Positions 1 to 9,145 of a stretch of 64,000 nucleotides of DNA are shown here, piece after piece. The stretch lies in NCBI GenBank assembly GCA_964536335.1, contig CAZHWD010000178.1, positions 7,945 to 71,944 of the forward strand. The letters are read 5' to 3'. Made by a program: the position numbers and the translations under genes. The DNA is from an uncultured Eudoraea sp. GTDB taxonomy: Bacteria; Bacteroidota; Bacteroidia; Flavobacteriales; Flavobacteriaceae. The first letter of the stretch is position 1. Every line of letters begins with the position of its first letter. The notes under the pieces were generated by a model that ran no database searches, was not told where the DNA came from, and saw only the letters and a list, made by a program, of their open reading frames with translations.

Positions 1-37
1 GTCGAAAAAGACGCCTATAAAGTATAGTATTAAGCCA

Positions 38-56
38 TATATTTGTAATGTACATT
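38..56 (+). promoter_or_regulatory. Bacteroidota -7 promoter element followed by a 10-bp palindrome
   Basis: TATATTTG (38-45) fits TAnnTTTG; AATGTACATT (47-56) is a perfect palindrome near the expected transcription start, upstream of ORF 119. Confidence 0.5.
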
Positions 57-118
57 TTAACAATCAAAGAAAATATTCAAAGTCTGAGTCTGGAAATGGA
101 CTCTTAAAAAGAATAATT

Positions 119-985
119 ATGATTCAATCTAAAGAAGCTTTGCCGGATTTTCTGGCGGAACCTACTAAATTAGGAAAAGAGATAAGTATTACCGGTAAAT
201 GGATTCCTTCAAAAAAGGGTGGATTATTCAGAAAATCTTCCGAATCGAAAGTGATGTTGAAAGAGTGGGAAGATATTCATATGGGTGCTAAAAACCATGA
301 TGGAATGCTTTCTACAGAAATTAACCACGCAGTTGGACAGGATGCCGTATTAATTCACCATGTTTTCAGGGACCCCGAATCTTTATTAAAATATTTCTCA
401 ACAATAGCTGAAAAACATGTAGATGCATTGACTAAGGTTGCTATACCAAAGTTACATCTTATAAGAGGAGTAAAAGTGTCGGATACTATCAGAGAAGAAC
501 TTTCATCTAAAAACGTACCTGGAGTGTTCGGAGAATTTCTTTATGGATATGTAAAGAATGACTACAAACGTCCTGATCCGGCAAATGCGATTCAGGTAAC
601 TGCGAAATGGACTTGCAAGCCCGGAGATGTTAGCCATCTTGAAGAACTTAAATTCTGGTGGCAACGTGTTGGAACCGATGCATATACGATGGAAAAAGGG
701 CTGGTCAGATTTGAAGTTTATCAGGTTTTGGGAGAAGATGCATTAATTATTCACGAGACCTTTGAGAATAGTGATGAATTGAAATTTCATTTATCTAAAG
801 GTACAGCAGAGAAGTATAAAAATGATATTGATAAGATTGCATATCCGGAAACATATTTCTTCCGTGGGCCAGTCTCATGGACTATAAGAACGTATTCAAA
901 ATTTTTGCGATTACCAGCAACATATTCTAGTCAGGGAAGCCACTTTGTACAGACAGGTGGAAATATGAGTGAAGGGAAATTTTAA
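119..985 (+). CDS. Protein with two dimeric alpha-beta barrel (ABM / quinol monooxygenase-like) domains
   Basis: Internal repeat ITGKW...DAVLIHHVF versus VTAKWTCKPG...DALIIHETFENSDELKFHL, the ABM-like pattern. Confidence 0.55.
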   Translation: MIQSKEALPDFLAEPTKLGKEISITGKWIPSKKGGLFRKSSESKVMLKEWEDIHMGAKNHDGMLSTEINHAVGQDAVLIHHVFRDPESLLKYFSTIAEKHVDALTKVAIPKLHLIRGVKVSDTIREELSSKNVPGVFGEFLYGYVKNDYKRPDPANAIQVTAKWTCKPGDVSHLEELKFWWQRVGTDAYTMEKGLVRFEVYQVLGEDALIIHETFENSDELKFHLSKGTAEKYKNDIDKIAYPETYFFRGPVSWTIRTYSKFLRLPATYSSQGSHFVQTGGNMSEGKF

Positions 986-1010
986 TTAATCATATAAAAA
1001 CAGTTTAAAG

Positions 1011-1391
1011 ATGACAAATCAGGAAATCACCGTAGTCTACAAATGGACAGCTAAACCCGGAAAAGCAGATGAACTCAAATCTATTTACAAAGAAGTAGAA
1101 ATACAGATGAAAGAAACCGAACCAAATGCTATTAAAGTAGAATGTTATTTCGATGAGAGTACAAATGCCCTTATAGTGTATGACTTATTTAAGGATGGCG
1201 CTGCATTAGGACAACACTTAGGCACAACGGCAGCCGGACATTTCCCTACCTTACTTCAAATAGCAATACCCGGTGCGTTCCTTTTCTGTGGTAATGTACC
1301 TGAAGAACTGAAACAAGCAGCTATTGGCATGGGCCTGGATGCCACATTTGCTCCGCATGTTTTTGGTTTTGACAGAAGGCTTGGACAATAA
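1011..1391 (+). CDS. ABM / putative quinol monooxygenase family protein
   Basis: 126 aa; VVYKWTAKPGKADEL...ETEP...YDLFKDGAALGQHL. Confidence 0.65.
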   Translation: MTNQEITVVYKWTAKPGKADELKSIYKEVEIQMKETEPNAIKVECYFDESTNALIVYDLFKDGAALGQHLGTTAAGHFPTLLQIAIPGAFLFCGNVPEELKQAAIGMGLDATFAPHVFGFDRRLGQ

Positions 1392-1466
1392 ACAATTCAT
1401 CAAAGTAAAATTAAAAGCAATGGAGTATAGGTAACTTTTTCTGTTGTTTTTTCGTTGTTTATTAAT

Positions 1467-1525
1467 GACCTGCGTTTTGAATAAGGCACGTTTTTAATGT
1501 GCTTTATTTATTGTTAGCATTAGTT
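1467..1525 (-). repeat. attC-like element 1 (short, overlaps the 3' end of the serine hydrolase gene)
   Basis: + strand: TGC-GTTTT-GAATAAGGCAC...GTGCTTTATTT-ATT-GTTAGCATTAGTT; left core decayed. Confidence 0.7.
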
Positions 1526-2627
1526 TCGCGATGGGATGAATAATTTCTTGCCTGAAATCTTCATCATAGTCGCAATTTCCCAAGACGACAAGTCCAATAT
1601 TCTCTTCAGGGATCATCATTAAAAAACTTCTAAACCCTTTGTCCCCACCATAATGACCTACGGCATGATTTGAGTCAAAATCGTATTGTTGAAACCCCAA
1701 TCCTATTTGCGAGAATTTTGCTGAAGCGGGTTTCAACATCAAGGAGTAATTGTTCCCAGGAGTATTTCGTTTAGATTCCTTCAAAAAGTGAATCATCCAC
1801 TTACTTAATTCTATGGCTGAGGCATTCAGAGTACTACTCGCAGCATGCTCTCTTGTATATGGGTAGGTGTCTCTTTCATATGCATTCCCAAATATTTTAT
1901 TTTTGGAATGTGGTGATGAAGTGAGAGAGTCGTGAATGTAGAAATATCTAAAGTCACTAAAATCCATTCCTGAAGGATTTAAAATATTATTTTTTAAATA
2001 ATCTTCAAAAGAACTTTTGGTCTTTTTTTCAATCGCATAACCCAATAAATTATAACCCAAATTGCTATAAGAATACGTAAGGGAAGGCTCTGATTCTAGC
2101 TTAAGATTTAGGCTGACAACATACTCTTTTAAGCTCGTATCGGATTGATTATTGTTTTCCCAGTGATAATTTCCAACATCTGGTAACCCAGAGGTGTGGT
2201 TCAATAAATCTTTAATGGATATTTTCTTAATCCTTTCGTCGTTAAACTGCAATTCGGGAATTACTTTATATAGTTTATCATCCAGTGAAAGTAGCCCATC
2301 ATTTGTCAATTTAACAATGGCCGAGGACGTAAATAACTTGCTAACAGAAGCAGTATGAAATATCGTATGTTCAGAAACCGGATTATTTTCTTTAATATTT
2401 CTTATACCATATCCCCTGGCGTATATAACCGAATCATTTCTCACCAAGCCAATAGAAAGTCCGGGAATATTATATTCGTTCATTTTATGAATCACAATCG
2501 AATCAACTTTATCATTAAATCCATTTAAAGATCTTTTGACCTCAAGGTTTTGCTCAAACCTTTGGTCAGAACACGATTGTAAAATGATGAGGAATAAAAG
2601 TAATTTTACTAAAACTATTTTTTTCAT
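1494..2627 (-). CDS. Serine hydrolase, beta-lactamase / PBP-like family, predicted lipoprotein
   Basis: SVSK (SxxK), LLNHTSG, YSN and HYGG motifs; LQSC lipobox. Confidence 0.85.
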   Translation of the reverse strand: MKKIVLVKLLLFLIILQSCSDQRFEQNLEVKRSLNGFNDKVDSIVIHKMNEYNIPGLSIGLVRNDSVIYARGYGIRNIKENNPVSEHTIFHTASVSKLFTSSAIVKLTNDGLLSLDDKLYKVIPELQFNDERIKKISIKDLLNHTSGLPDVGNYHWENNNQSDTSLKEYVVSLNLKLESEPSLTYSYSNLGYNLLGYAIEKKTKSSFEDYLKNNILNPSGMDFSDFRYFYIHDSLTSSPHSKNKIFGNAYERDTYPYTREHAASSTLNASAIELSKWMIHFLKESKRNTPGNNYSLMLKPASAKFSQIGLGFQQYDFDSNHAVGHYGGDKGFRSFLMMIPEENIGLVVLGNCDYDEDFRQEIIHPIAKLMLTINKAH

Positions 2628-2635
2628 CTAATTAA

Positions 2636-2709
2636 TGCTAAGGGTTTGAATAAATGCCTGTTTTCCTTCGCATCCCGTAGGCGGGCACTGTGTTTATTTT
2701 GTGATAGCG
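2636..2709 (-). repeat. attC-like element 2
   Basis: TGCTAAG-GGTTT-GAATAAATGC...GTGTTTATTT-TGT-GATAGCG; the stem closes with G:T pairs on the + strand. Confidence 0.65.
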
Positions 2710-2714
2710 AAATG

Positions 2715-4148
2715 TTACTTTTCAAATATTAAATATTCTAAATACCGAATACCTGAAGCAATTAAATTTTTTCTATTCCATGCCTTGATTTCAAAATCAT
2801 CTAAGATACTTCTATTTAACTTTCTCCCGTTTATAAAAATAGTGGAAGGTCGTCTTAAAGCTGACAAATCGGTCAATGGATTATCATCTAACAATAGAAG
2901 GTTGGCAATTTTATCTACTTCTACAGTCCCCATGTTATTCATAATTTCATGAGCTCTCGAAGCATTTACAGTTGCTGTTTTTAATACTTCATAATTGGAG
3001 AGACCAGCTTCTTGGTAAAATGCCAACTCCTCATGAATTGAGAACCCAGGAGTAGTTACCCCTATTCCGGCATCAGTGCTGCAAATGATGTTCACACCAT
3101 TTTCATTTAGTTTATGTATTATTTTAAGATGGAATTCATGTTGATTTTTAATCAGGTCTACAATTGACGAATCAATCGCTTTGGTGTTGCTCCACCTTTC
3201 ATATTGCGCTTTACTGTCAACCATTCGTATTAATGGATTCATCATTTTGACCTGATCTGAAGATAGAATTTTATCATTTACTAGCATTTTATATATGTTG
3301 TAATAGCCGGTCAAGGTGGGACTAAAGGATGTATGTGGAGAAGCCACATATTTTTCAACTACTTTATTAAGTTTTATCGTATCCAACTCATAGTTTAGGG
3401 GTTGTTGTATAATTTCCTCTGCATGTTCAATGGATGCTATTTGCGCATTAAAATGAGCTTCATAGGGTACTTTTGGCGTTGGGTGTGCGACAATATCTAT
3501 ATCTGAACGTTGTGCTTGTTCTATAACGGCATCAAATAAATCTTCTGTTAAACCATAGTAGGTTTTAATAAAATCGAATCCCCGGGCTTTATAGGAAATC
3601 ACTTTTTGTCTTGCTTCTTTCGTACTGGTCAATTGCAAATTATCATCTCCAATAAATTCTGGTCCAGTAAGTTTTGGACTTGAAGTAAAGAATAGAGGTG
3701 AAAGCAGTTCTCCACTATTTATTTGTTCCTTAAGTCGTAAATGATTAGGTCGTCCCCATAAATTCCGCACTGCTGTAACTCCGTTGGATAGGTATAGACC
3801 TAATTCGTATTTATCCCATACATGAACATGCATGTCTATTAACCCCGGAGTAAGAAATTTGTTTTTTGCATCAATGACTTCAACACCTTGAATTTCAATT
3901 GTGTCATTTATGGATTTAATAACTCCGTCCTGGATATATACCATTTTTTTAACCAAAATGGTATCCTGAGTCATCGGTATAATATTGGCATTTATAATTA
4001 GGAATGAATTATTCTTTGCCTGTTCAATATTTTCAATTTTTAAGTAGCTGGTTCTTTGTCTATCGACTCCTATTACAATAAGAATGAATATGAATAGAAT
4101 AGCAATCAATATAAAAATGGATAGGAAGATTCGTTTTAGTCTTTTCAT
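2715..4148 (-). CDS. Metal-dependent amidohydrolase family protein with N-terminal membrane anchor
   Basis: PGLIDMHVH, GVTAVR, DFIK, IEHAE, STDAG, ATVNAS motifs. Confidence 0.85.
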   Translation of the reverse strand: MKRLKRIFLSIFILIAILFIFILIVIGVDRQRTSYLKIENIEQAKNNSFLIINANIIPMTQDTILVKKMVYIQDGVIKSINDTIEIQGVEVIDAKNKFLTPGLIDMHVHVWDKYELGLYLSNGVTAVRNLWGRPNHLRLKEQINSGELLSPLFFTSSPKLTGPEFIGDDNLQLTSTKEARQKVISYKARGFDFIKTYYGLTEDLFDAVIEQAQRSDIDIVAHPTPKVPYEAHFNAQIASIEHAEEIIQQPLNYELDTIKLNKVVEKYVASPHTSFSPTLTGYYNIYKMLVNDKILSSDQVKMMNPLIRMVDSKAQYERWSNTKAIDSSIVDLIKNQHEFHLKIIHKLNENGVNIICSTDAGIGVTTPGFSIHEELAFYQEAGLSNYEVLKTATVNASRAHEIMNNMGTVEVDKIANLLLLDDNPLTDLSALRRPSTIFINGRKLNRSILDDFEIKAWNRKNLIASGIRYLEYLIFEK

Positions 4149-4164
4149 TTAATTCATCAATTAT

Positions 4165-4296
4165 CTCTTACGGTTAGTATAAAAATAGTAGTATACTAGG
4201 AAGCCATTCACCCCCTGGTTATTCTAAATTGAAACGAACAATATATTAATTTACTATTGTCTAGGCTATTATTTTTATACATTGTTAGCGATAGTT
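4165..4296 (-). repeat. attC-like element 3
   Basis: CTCTTAC-GGTTA-GTATAAAAATAGTAG...CTATTATTTTTATAC-ATT-GTTAGCGATAGTT; 15-bp stem with one G:T pair; the TAA stop of the upstream gene lies inside the core. Confidence 0.8.
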
Positions 4297-5835
4297 ATCC
4301 TTTAATTCTTTCATCATATTCTTATAGAATATTTTAGCGTCATCATTTGGTGATTCACATAAGTATATTTTAGTTCCATTTTCTCTGAAATACTTATTAT
4401 CAATTGTTTTAATTAGCGTTACTTTTTCAAATAATTGCGGAAGACGAGTGTCTGGATTTACATCATTTCCTAAATCTGAATGAATATAAATAACATAATC
4501 TTTTGATATGCTGTCGGGCGCCCAAAACACAAAGCTTCCATTGGGTGATATTGGTTGTGGAATTCCAATTTCTTTACCATAGAACATCACCGCCCCGGCT
4601 TGTCCATAGTGATAACAATAAATATCACAATTGTCTCGATTCTCTTCACCCAGGCTTACATATATCTCCCTGACCACTTCACCAATCTCTTTCCAACCTG
4701 TCATATCCGCCATATCCTGGGGAATATCGTGATCAATACCATCCTCCCATCTAAAAGCTCCCTTATTGTTAATCTTATCAGGCGTTATAAAAGGAATGCC
4801 ATCAAATGAGAGCGAAACATATAAGGAAAAAAACATTGATATCACCAGAAAGCTGAAAACGTAGTTGGTATATTTTTTAACATACTTTTCCACAAAGTAA
4901 GCCCCGAATACAAACAGAATCGGATAAATTCCTAAAGTATAATAGGCTTTTCCACTTCCCGCCAATAGTAAAAGAATAATAAATATGTAGATGTAGCCAA
5001 ACAACCTGTACTTCTTTTCCTTTCTATAAAATAATAAAATAATTAAGGCAAATATCCATATAAAAAGAGCTTGAATATTCATTAAAAACTGAGCAATAAT
5101 AAAATCGGGATATCGAACATGAATAAGTTGGGTTTCCCTAAGTTCAGTCATGTGCTGCAAAACAGGCCAGCTATTTTCATATTGCCAAAGTAAGTTTGGA
5201 GAAATAATAATTAGTCCTATGACTGAAGCCATCATAAAATACTTGGATTTATACAAATACCGATATTTCGATAATAATAGTGAACATCCAAAGGCCGCAT
5301 AAAAGAAAACAATCGAGTATTTATTCAGAAAAGCAAGTCCGAAAACTATGGCAATCCACAACCAGATTTTGGGATTGTTACGTGAGATCATTCTCAGGAT
5401 TAAATATCCGGATAATAACCAGTAAAAATGATTAAATGCAACTGGTTGAAAAAGAGCATTGGTGTGCAGGTAAGAGGGGGAAAGTAGGTAGGCAAGACAG
5501 GCCAGTATGACAGCCTTTTTTTTACCACCTAATTCTTTAATAAATAAGCCAATTATAATGAGATTGAATGCACCAATAAGTGCCGGAAAAAACCTTAGAC
5601 CAAATATGGTATTCCCGAAAATTGATGTTGCCAGTTTCCCGATGATTGCAATTGATGGGGGTACTGAAACATAACCCCAGGCAAGATGTTCACTCTGTGC
5701 ATAATAGAGATAGGCATCCCTATGTAATTCAAAGTTAGAGGCAGTAAAAAAGTGAATAAGGAGTTTTGTAAATGCAAAAAATAATATCAATTGCCATTCA
5801 CTTGAAATATTGAGTCCTAATTTGGTTAGTTTCAA
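4285..5835 (-). CDS. GT-C membrane glycosyltransferase (GT39 / ArnT-like)
   Basis: Many transmembrane segments; HRDAYLY...LAWGY..VPP, GLRFFPAL, KYS, PNLLWQ, GKAYY motifs; TTG start uncertain. Confidence 0.8.
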   Translation of the reverse strand: MKLTKLGLNISSEWQLILFFAFTKLLIHFFTASNFELHRDAYLYYAQSEHLAWGYVSVPPSIAIIGKLATSIFGNTIFGLRFFPALIGAFNLIIIGLFIKELGGKKKAVILACLAYLLSPSYLHTNALFQPVAFNHFYWLLSGYLILRMISRNNPKIWLWIAIVFGLAFLNKYSIVFFYAAFGCSLLLSKYRYLYKSKYFMMASVIGLIIISPNLLWQYENSWPVLQHMTELRETQLIHVRYPDFIIAQFLMNIQALFIWIFALIILLFYRKEKKYRLFGYIYIFIILLLLAGSGKAYYTLGIYPILFVFGAYFVEKYVKKYTNYVFSFLVISMFFSLYVSLSFDGIPFITPDKINNKGAFRWEDGIDHDIPQDMADMTGWKEIGEVVREIYVSLGEENRDNCDIYCYHYGQAGAVMFYGKEIGIPQPISPNGSFVFWAPDSISKDYVIYIHSDLGNDVNPDTRLPQLFEKVTLIKTIDNKYFRENGTKIYLCESPNDDAKIFYKNMMKELKDNYR

Positions 5836-5941
5836 TTAATTATTTACGTTTTTAGTGGTTGTTTTTATCTTAAAAGCCTAATTATTTAACTATGCAACTT
5901 CTTAAAAATACACGAATCATTAATTTTTGAAATGTCTCGCA

Positions 5942-5972
5942 CTATGTTTTATATACGTTGACAGCCAACGTA
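5942..5972 (-). repeat. attC-like element 4 (gene-proximal half only, decayed)
   Basis: CTATGTTTTATATAC-GTT-GACAGCCAACGTA resembles the right arm of element 3; partner arm not found. Confidence 0.45.
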
Positions 5973-5974
5973 TT

Positions 5975-6511
5975 TTATTCCAACTGCTTTGACATCGAAA
6001 TGAATGTAAAGTTTTCCTTTCCGATTTGGAATTTATGATTTCCAATTTCCTTAAATCCGGTTTTTACGTAGAAATTAATCGCTCGTTCATTACTGTTGAG
6101 TACCGAAAGCCATACTTCGCGACAACTTTTTTCTTTCGCTTTTTTTAGAAGTAAGTTTTGCAACTCAAATCCAATTTTCTTAGATAGAAAGTCCCTTAGT
6201 ACATAGATTTTTTGCAGTTGGCAAATATTTTCCTCTCCAATAAATTCCGTTTGCGAATTCAGTTTAAGTTTTGCATATCCGACAGCTAATCGGTCCACAA
6301 ACGCAATCCAATATACATTGTTAGGTTTGCACAAGCTGTTTTCAATTTTGTCCACCGAGAAAGTTGTATTGTAATAGTCAAGCAGGTCCTGCTTGTCCAT
6401 AAATAAGTGACCGAAAGATTCAGTAAAGGTTACTCTTCCAAGTAAAGCAATAAACCCAGCATCATCTTTATTTGCCAATCTAATTTCTATTTTGGACGTA
6501 TGTTTCTTCAT
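5975..6511 (-). CDS. GNAT N-acetyltransferase (PaiA-like)
   Basis: VGYAKL, LQKIYV, KKIG, VWLSVLNSNERAINFYVKTGF. Confidence 0.85.
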   Translation of the reverse strand: MKKHTSKIEIRLANKDDAGFIALLGRVTFTESFGHLFMDKQDLLDYYNTTFSVDKIENSLCKPNNVYWIAFVDRLAVGYAKLKLNSQTEFIGEENICQLQKIYVLRDFLSKKIGFELQNLLLKKAKEKSCREVWLSVLNSNERAINFYVKTGFKEIGNHKFQIGKENFTFISMSKQLE

Positions 6512-6516
6512 AGGGA

Positions 6517-6576
6517 GGCTAACGGCGCTGAGTATGTCGAGATTTTTAAGTTACTTCACTTGTTGTTAGGATAGTG
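6517..6576 (-). repeat. attC-like element 5 (overlaps the 3' end of the DHFR-family gene)
   Basis: GGCTAAC-GGCGC-TGAGTA...TACTTCA-CTT-GTTGTTAGGATAGTG; the core is 5 nt from the next ATG. Confidence 0.65.
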
Positions 6577-7124
6577 CTTTTAGATTTTCTATTTCGCCTA
6601 AAATGGTGCTGTACAAGCTGATTAAAATAAACTCTTGAATCAACCAGTTCAAAATCCAATTCTTCAGGGAGTTCATAAAATAACGGAGAGCCACCTCCTA
6701 ATAAAACCGGGAAGATTGTTATTACCATCTCGTCAATTAAATCTTCCTTTAAAAAACTCTGAATTGTTTTGCCACCATCAATGTAAAGCCGGGGTGACCC
6801 TTTTTTATGAATTTGTTCTAATATTTCGGGCAATGTGCCTTTTACCAGGTGCGCCTTCCCCTTATGACTTTCAGGTATTTCGTTTAAAGAATTGCTCAAC
6901 ACGAACACCGGCTTTTTGTAAGGCCAGTCAACATCAAATCCCAGGACTGTTTCAAATGTAATACGGCCCATCACGAGTGCGTCAATGCCCTCGGTGAATT
7001 TTACATAGCCCATATCTTCATCATCGGGAATTGGAACCGAATCAAGCCATTCTATTCCACCATTTTTATCAGCTATATAACCATCCAGACTTATTGCTAT
7101 ATATACGCTATTCTTCTTTTCCAT
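6546..7124 (-). CDS. Dihydrofolate reductase family protein (RibD C-terminal domain type)
   Basis: YIAISLDGYIA, MGRITFE, YIDGG, LIDEMVITIFPVLLGGG. Confidence 0.85.
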   Translation of the reverse strand: MEKKNSVYIAISLDGYIADKNGGIEWLDSVPIPDDEDMGYVKFTEGIDALVMGRITFETVLGFDVDWPYKKPVFVLSNSLNEIPESHKGKAHLVKGTLPEILEQIHKKGSPRLYIDGGKTIQSFLKEDLIDEMVITIFPVLLGGGSPLFYELPEELDFELVDSRVYFNQLVQHHFRRNRKSKSTILTTSEVT

Positions 7125-7148
7125 TAATAGTTACCATGATTTTATGAA

Positions 7149-7172
7149 TGCCAACGTATTTATGTATGATTT
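7149..7172 (-). repeat. attC-like element 6 (distal half only)
   Basis: TGCCAAC-GTATT-TATGTATGATTTG; matching arm not recognisable. Confidence 0.45.
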
Positions 7173-7260
7173 GTACGTCAGAAAATCCTAAGGATTTTTA
7201 TTCGAAGTAAATCATTTATTAAATATAAAAATTATAATTGAAGCAGGAGATTTGGATCAA

Positions 7261-7476
7261 TTATTCAATTAGTGTCATTACAACAAAGTCAATTAAAAGT
7301 ATTATCGTAATTATTATAAACCACCACCACCATTTTAATTTAATATTCTTTGCAATTATAATCTCAGTCAAAGTCCAGATTGCGAAATAAATGTACCAAA
7401 TCCACCAAGTACTTACTTCATAGATAAGGAGAATTACCATCCCAATCGTAAATACAATCATTAGAAAAATGAACAA
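7261..7476 (-). CDS. Small hydrophobic Trp-rich membrane protein, possibly 5'-truncated
   Basis: 71 aa with about three hydrophobic segments; no ATG; the frame stays open 21 codons upstream to a TAG. Confidence 0.45.
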   Translation of the reverse strand: MFIFLMIVFTIGMVILLIYEVSTWWIWYIYFAIWTLTEIIIAKNIKLKWWWWFIIITIILLIDFVVMTLIE

Positions 7477-7562
7477 CTTTATTTCGTTGTTTTGGAGTGC
7501 TTCCGCATCTTTATTGGTGCTTTTTATTTTGATGTTTTTCTAATTCAATATTTTATAATAAC

Positions 7563-7698
7563 AGCCAACCTTTGGCCTATGGGTTGGTGAATTGGCACCA
7601 AATCAGCAAGAAGGAGCAAGCCCTCAATTCGGCAACCAGAGTTTTCCAGTGGGAAAATCAGAAGCAATGAACTATACACGTCGATACTATTGTTATTT
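7563..7698 (-). repeat. attC-like element 7 (decayed)
   Basis: AGCCAAC-CTTTG-GCCTATGG...inner TTTTCC/GGAAAA hairpin...CTATACACG...ATT-GTTATTT. Confidence 0.5.
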
Positions 7699-8329
7699 AA
7701 TATATTATACCTGGTGCCTCCTTAATATATGCCCTGTTCTCTATTAAGTTTAGCATGAAGTGAGCAACATCATTACGGGAAATCATTTTCGTTAAAATGT
7801 AACTTCCGAGATTTGGTCCATGTTGGTATTTTGTTCTTTTCCTCCCATTTGTAAGTTGACCTGGGCGAACTATCGTCCAATCCAAATTACTTTGTTCTAT
7901 GAGTTTTTCTTGCTTGGATTTATCTCTAAAATAGAAAAAAAGTATCACAGGAATCACGAACAAAGTATAATACAAACCAAGTCTAAATTTACTCTCATTA
8001 ATTCCCAATGACGTAATGCAAATAAACCTATCCACTCCTTTTTTTTCCATTGCCCGAATAATATTCATTGTTCCTCTAGATAAGATACTGGTTTTAATAA
8101 AGAATTGTTTATGCCCTAATGCAGATAATACAGCATCTTGTCCTTGAACCGCACTTTCTACATTTTCAAGATTTAAAACATTTCCTTTTAGCACTTTAAG
8201 ATTTGGATGGTTAAACTTCAATTTATTCGGCTTCCGCACCATTGCTGTTATGTAATGACCTTCTTCCAGTCCTTGTGATATCAGTTGCCGTCCTGTCTTT
8301 CCAGTTCCACCAACTATTAAAAGTTTCAT
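7697..8329 (-). CDS. NAD(P)H-binding oxidoreductase (flavin reductase / biliverdin reductase B-like atypical SDR)
   Basis: GGTGKTG Rossmann motif, QDAVLSALG, DWTIVRP, ISRNDVA. Confidence 0.85.
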   Translation of the reverse strand: MKLLIVGGTGKTGRQLISQGLEEGHYITAMVRKPNKLKFNHPNLKVLKGNVLNLENVESAVQGQDAVLSALGHKQFFIKTSILSRGTMNIIRAMEKKGVDRFICITSLGINESKFRLGLYYTLFVIPVILFFYFRDKSKQEKLIEQSNLDWTIVRPGQLTNGRKRTKYQHGPNLGSYILTKMISRNDVAHFMLNLIENRAYIKEAPGIIY

Positions 8330-8436
8330 TTTTTTTGAATTTATTCTATTTAAAACTCATTAATTTTAATGGTATATTAAATTTTTAATGACTGAACTGT
8401 CGATAAATAAAGATGAAACGATTTATTATAAATCGT

Positions 8437-8490
8437 ATCTAACGGTCTGGCTAAAGTGCGTTTTAATGCAGTTTAGGTTTTGTTGAGGTG
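8437..8490 (-). repeat. attC-like element 8 (short, overlaps the 3' end of the methyltransferase gene)
   Basis: ATCTAAC-GGTCT-GGCTAAAGTGCGTT-TT-AATGCAGTTTAGGT-TTT-GTTGAGG; same GTTTT(T)AATG apex as element 1. Confidence 0.75.
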
Positions 8491-9062
8491 TGGTGTTTTT
8501 TCTTTCCAATTAATAAAAGAGAATCTCCTGCTTCAAATTCGTCATAACTCGCAATCATCAAAATTTCAAAATACTTCTCAAATGATCCTCTCAATGCTTT
8601 TTCGGAATGATAATTTACGAAAAGACCTTTGAATATTTCTGAGCCTTCCCCTTTCCAAAAAGAATGACAAATAATTCCATTTGGATTTAAAACATCATAT
8701 TGTCTTTTGATGGAATCAATAAGTTCATTGTCTTTCAGGTGATGCAATACTTTATTTGAATAGATTCCATCGAACTTTTCATCAATATTCAAAGTAATAG
8801 CGTCTAATTCAAGAAATCTACCTGTTGGATTGTTAGAAATGAGATGACTTAGAAATTCTTTGGAATTATCAGAACCTACTACTTGATAATCTTCCTTTAG
8901 GATATTCCAATCTGTTCCTGGTCCTGAGCCAATTTCAAGTAAGGTTGAATCGAATGGCAAGAAAACTATTAGTTTTTCAATCAGTTCCCTTCCATTTACA
9001 CCCTTTGCTAATCTGATGTATTCTTCAACAGACTCCTTAGTTTTATAATAATCTGCTCTCAT
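8463..9062 (-). CDS. Class I SAM-dependent methyltransferase
   Basis: LEIGSGPG, GSDNS, FDGIYSNKVLHH, LNPNG. Confidence 0.85.
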   Translation of the reverse strand: MRADYYKTKESVEEYIRLAKGVNGRELIEKLIVFLPFDSTLLEIGSGPGTDWNILKEDYQVVGSDNSKEFLSHLISNNPTGRFLELDAITLNIDEKFDGIYSNKVLHHLKDNELIDSIKRQYDVLNPNGIICHSFWKGEGSEIFKGLFVNYHSEKALRGSFEKYFEILMIASYDEFEAGDSLLLIGKKKHHTSTKPKLH

Positions 9063-9077
9063 AATGTTTTATACGGA

Positions 9078-9145
9078 CCACATCGGTTAGTATTACAAGC
9101 GTGGTTTGCCGATAGGCAGTTATGATTTGTTATACCCTATTTCCT
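9078..9145 (-). repeat. attC-like element 9
   Basis: CCACATC-GGTTA-GTATTACAA...TGCCGATAGGCA...TTGTTATAC-CCT-ATT; each core is one substitution from AAC or GTT. Confidence 0.65.
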
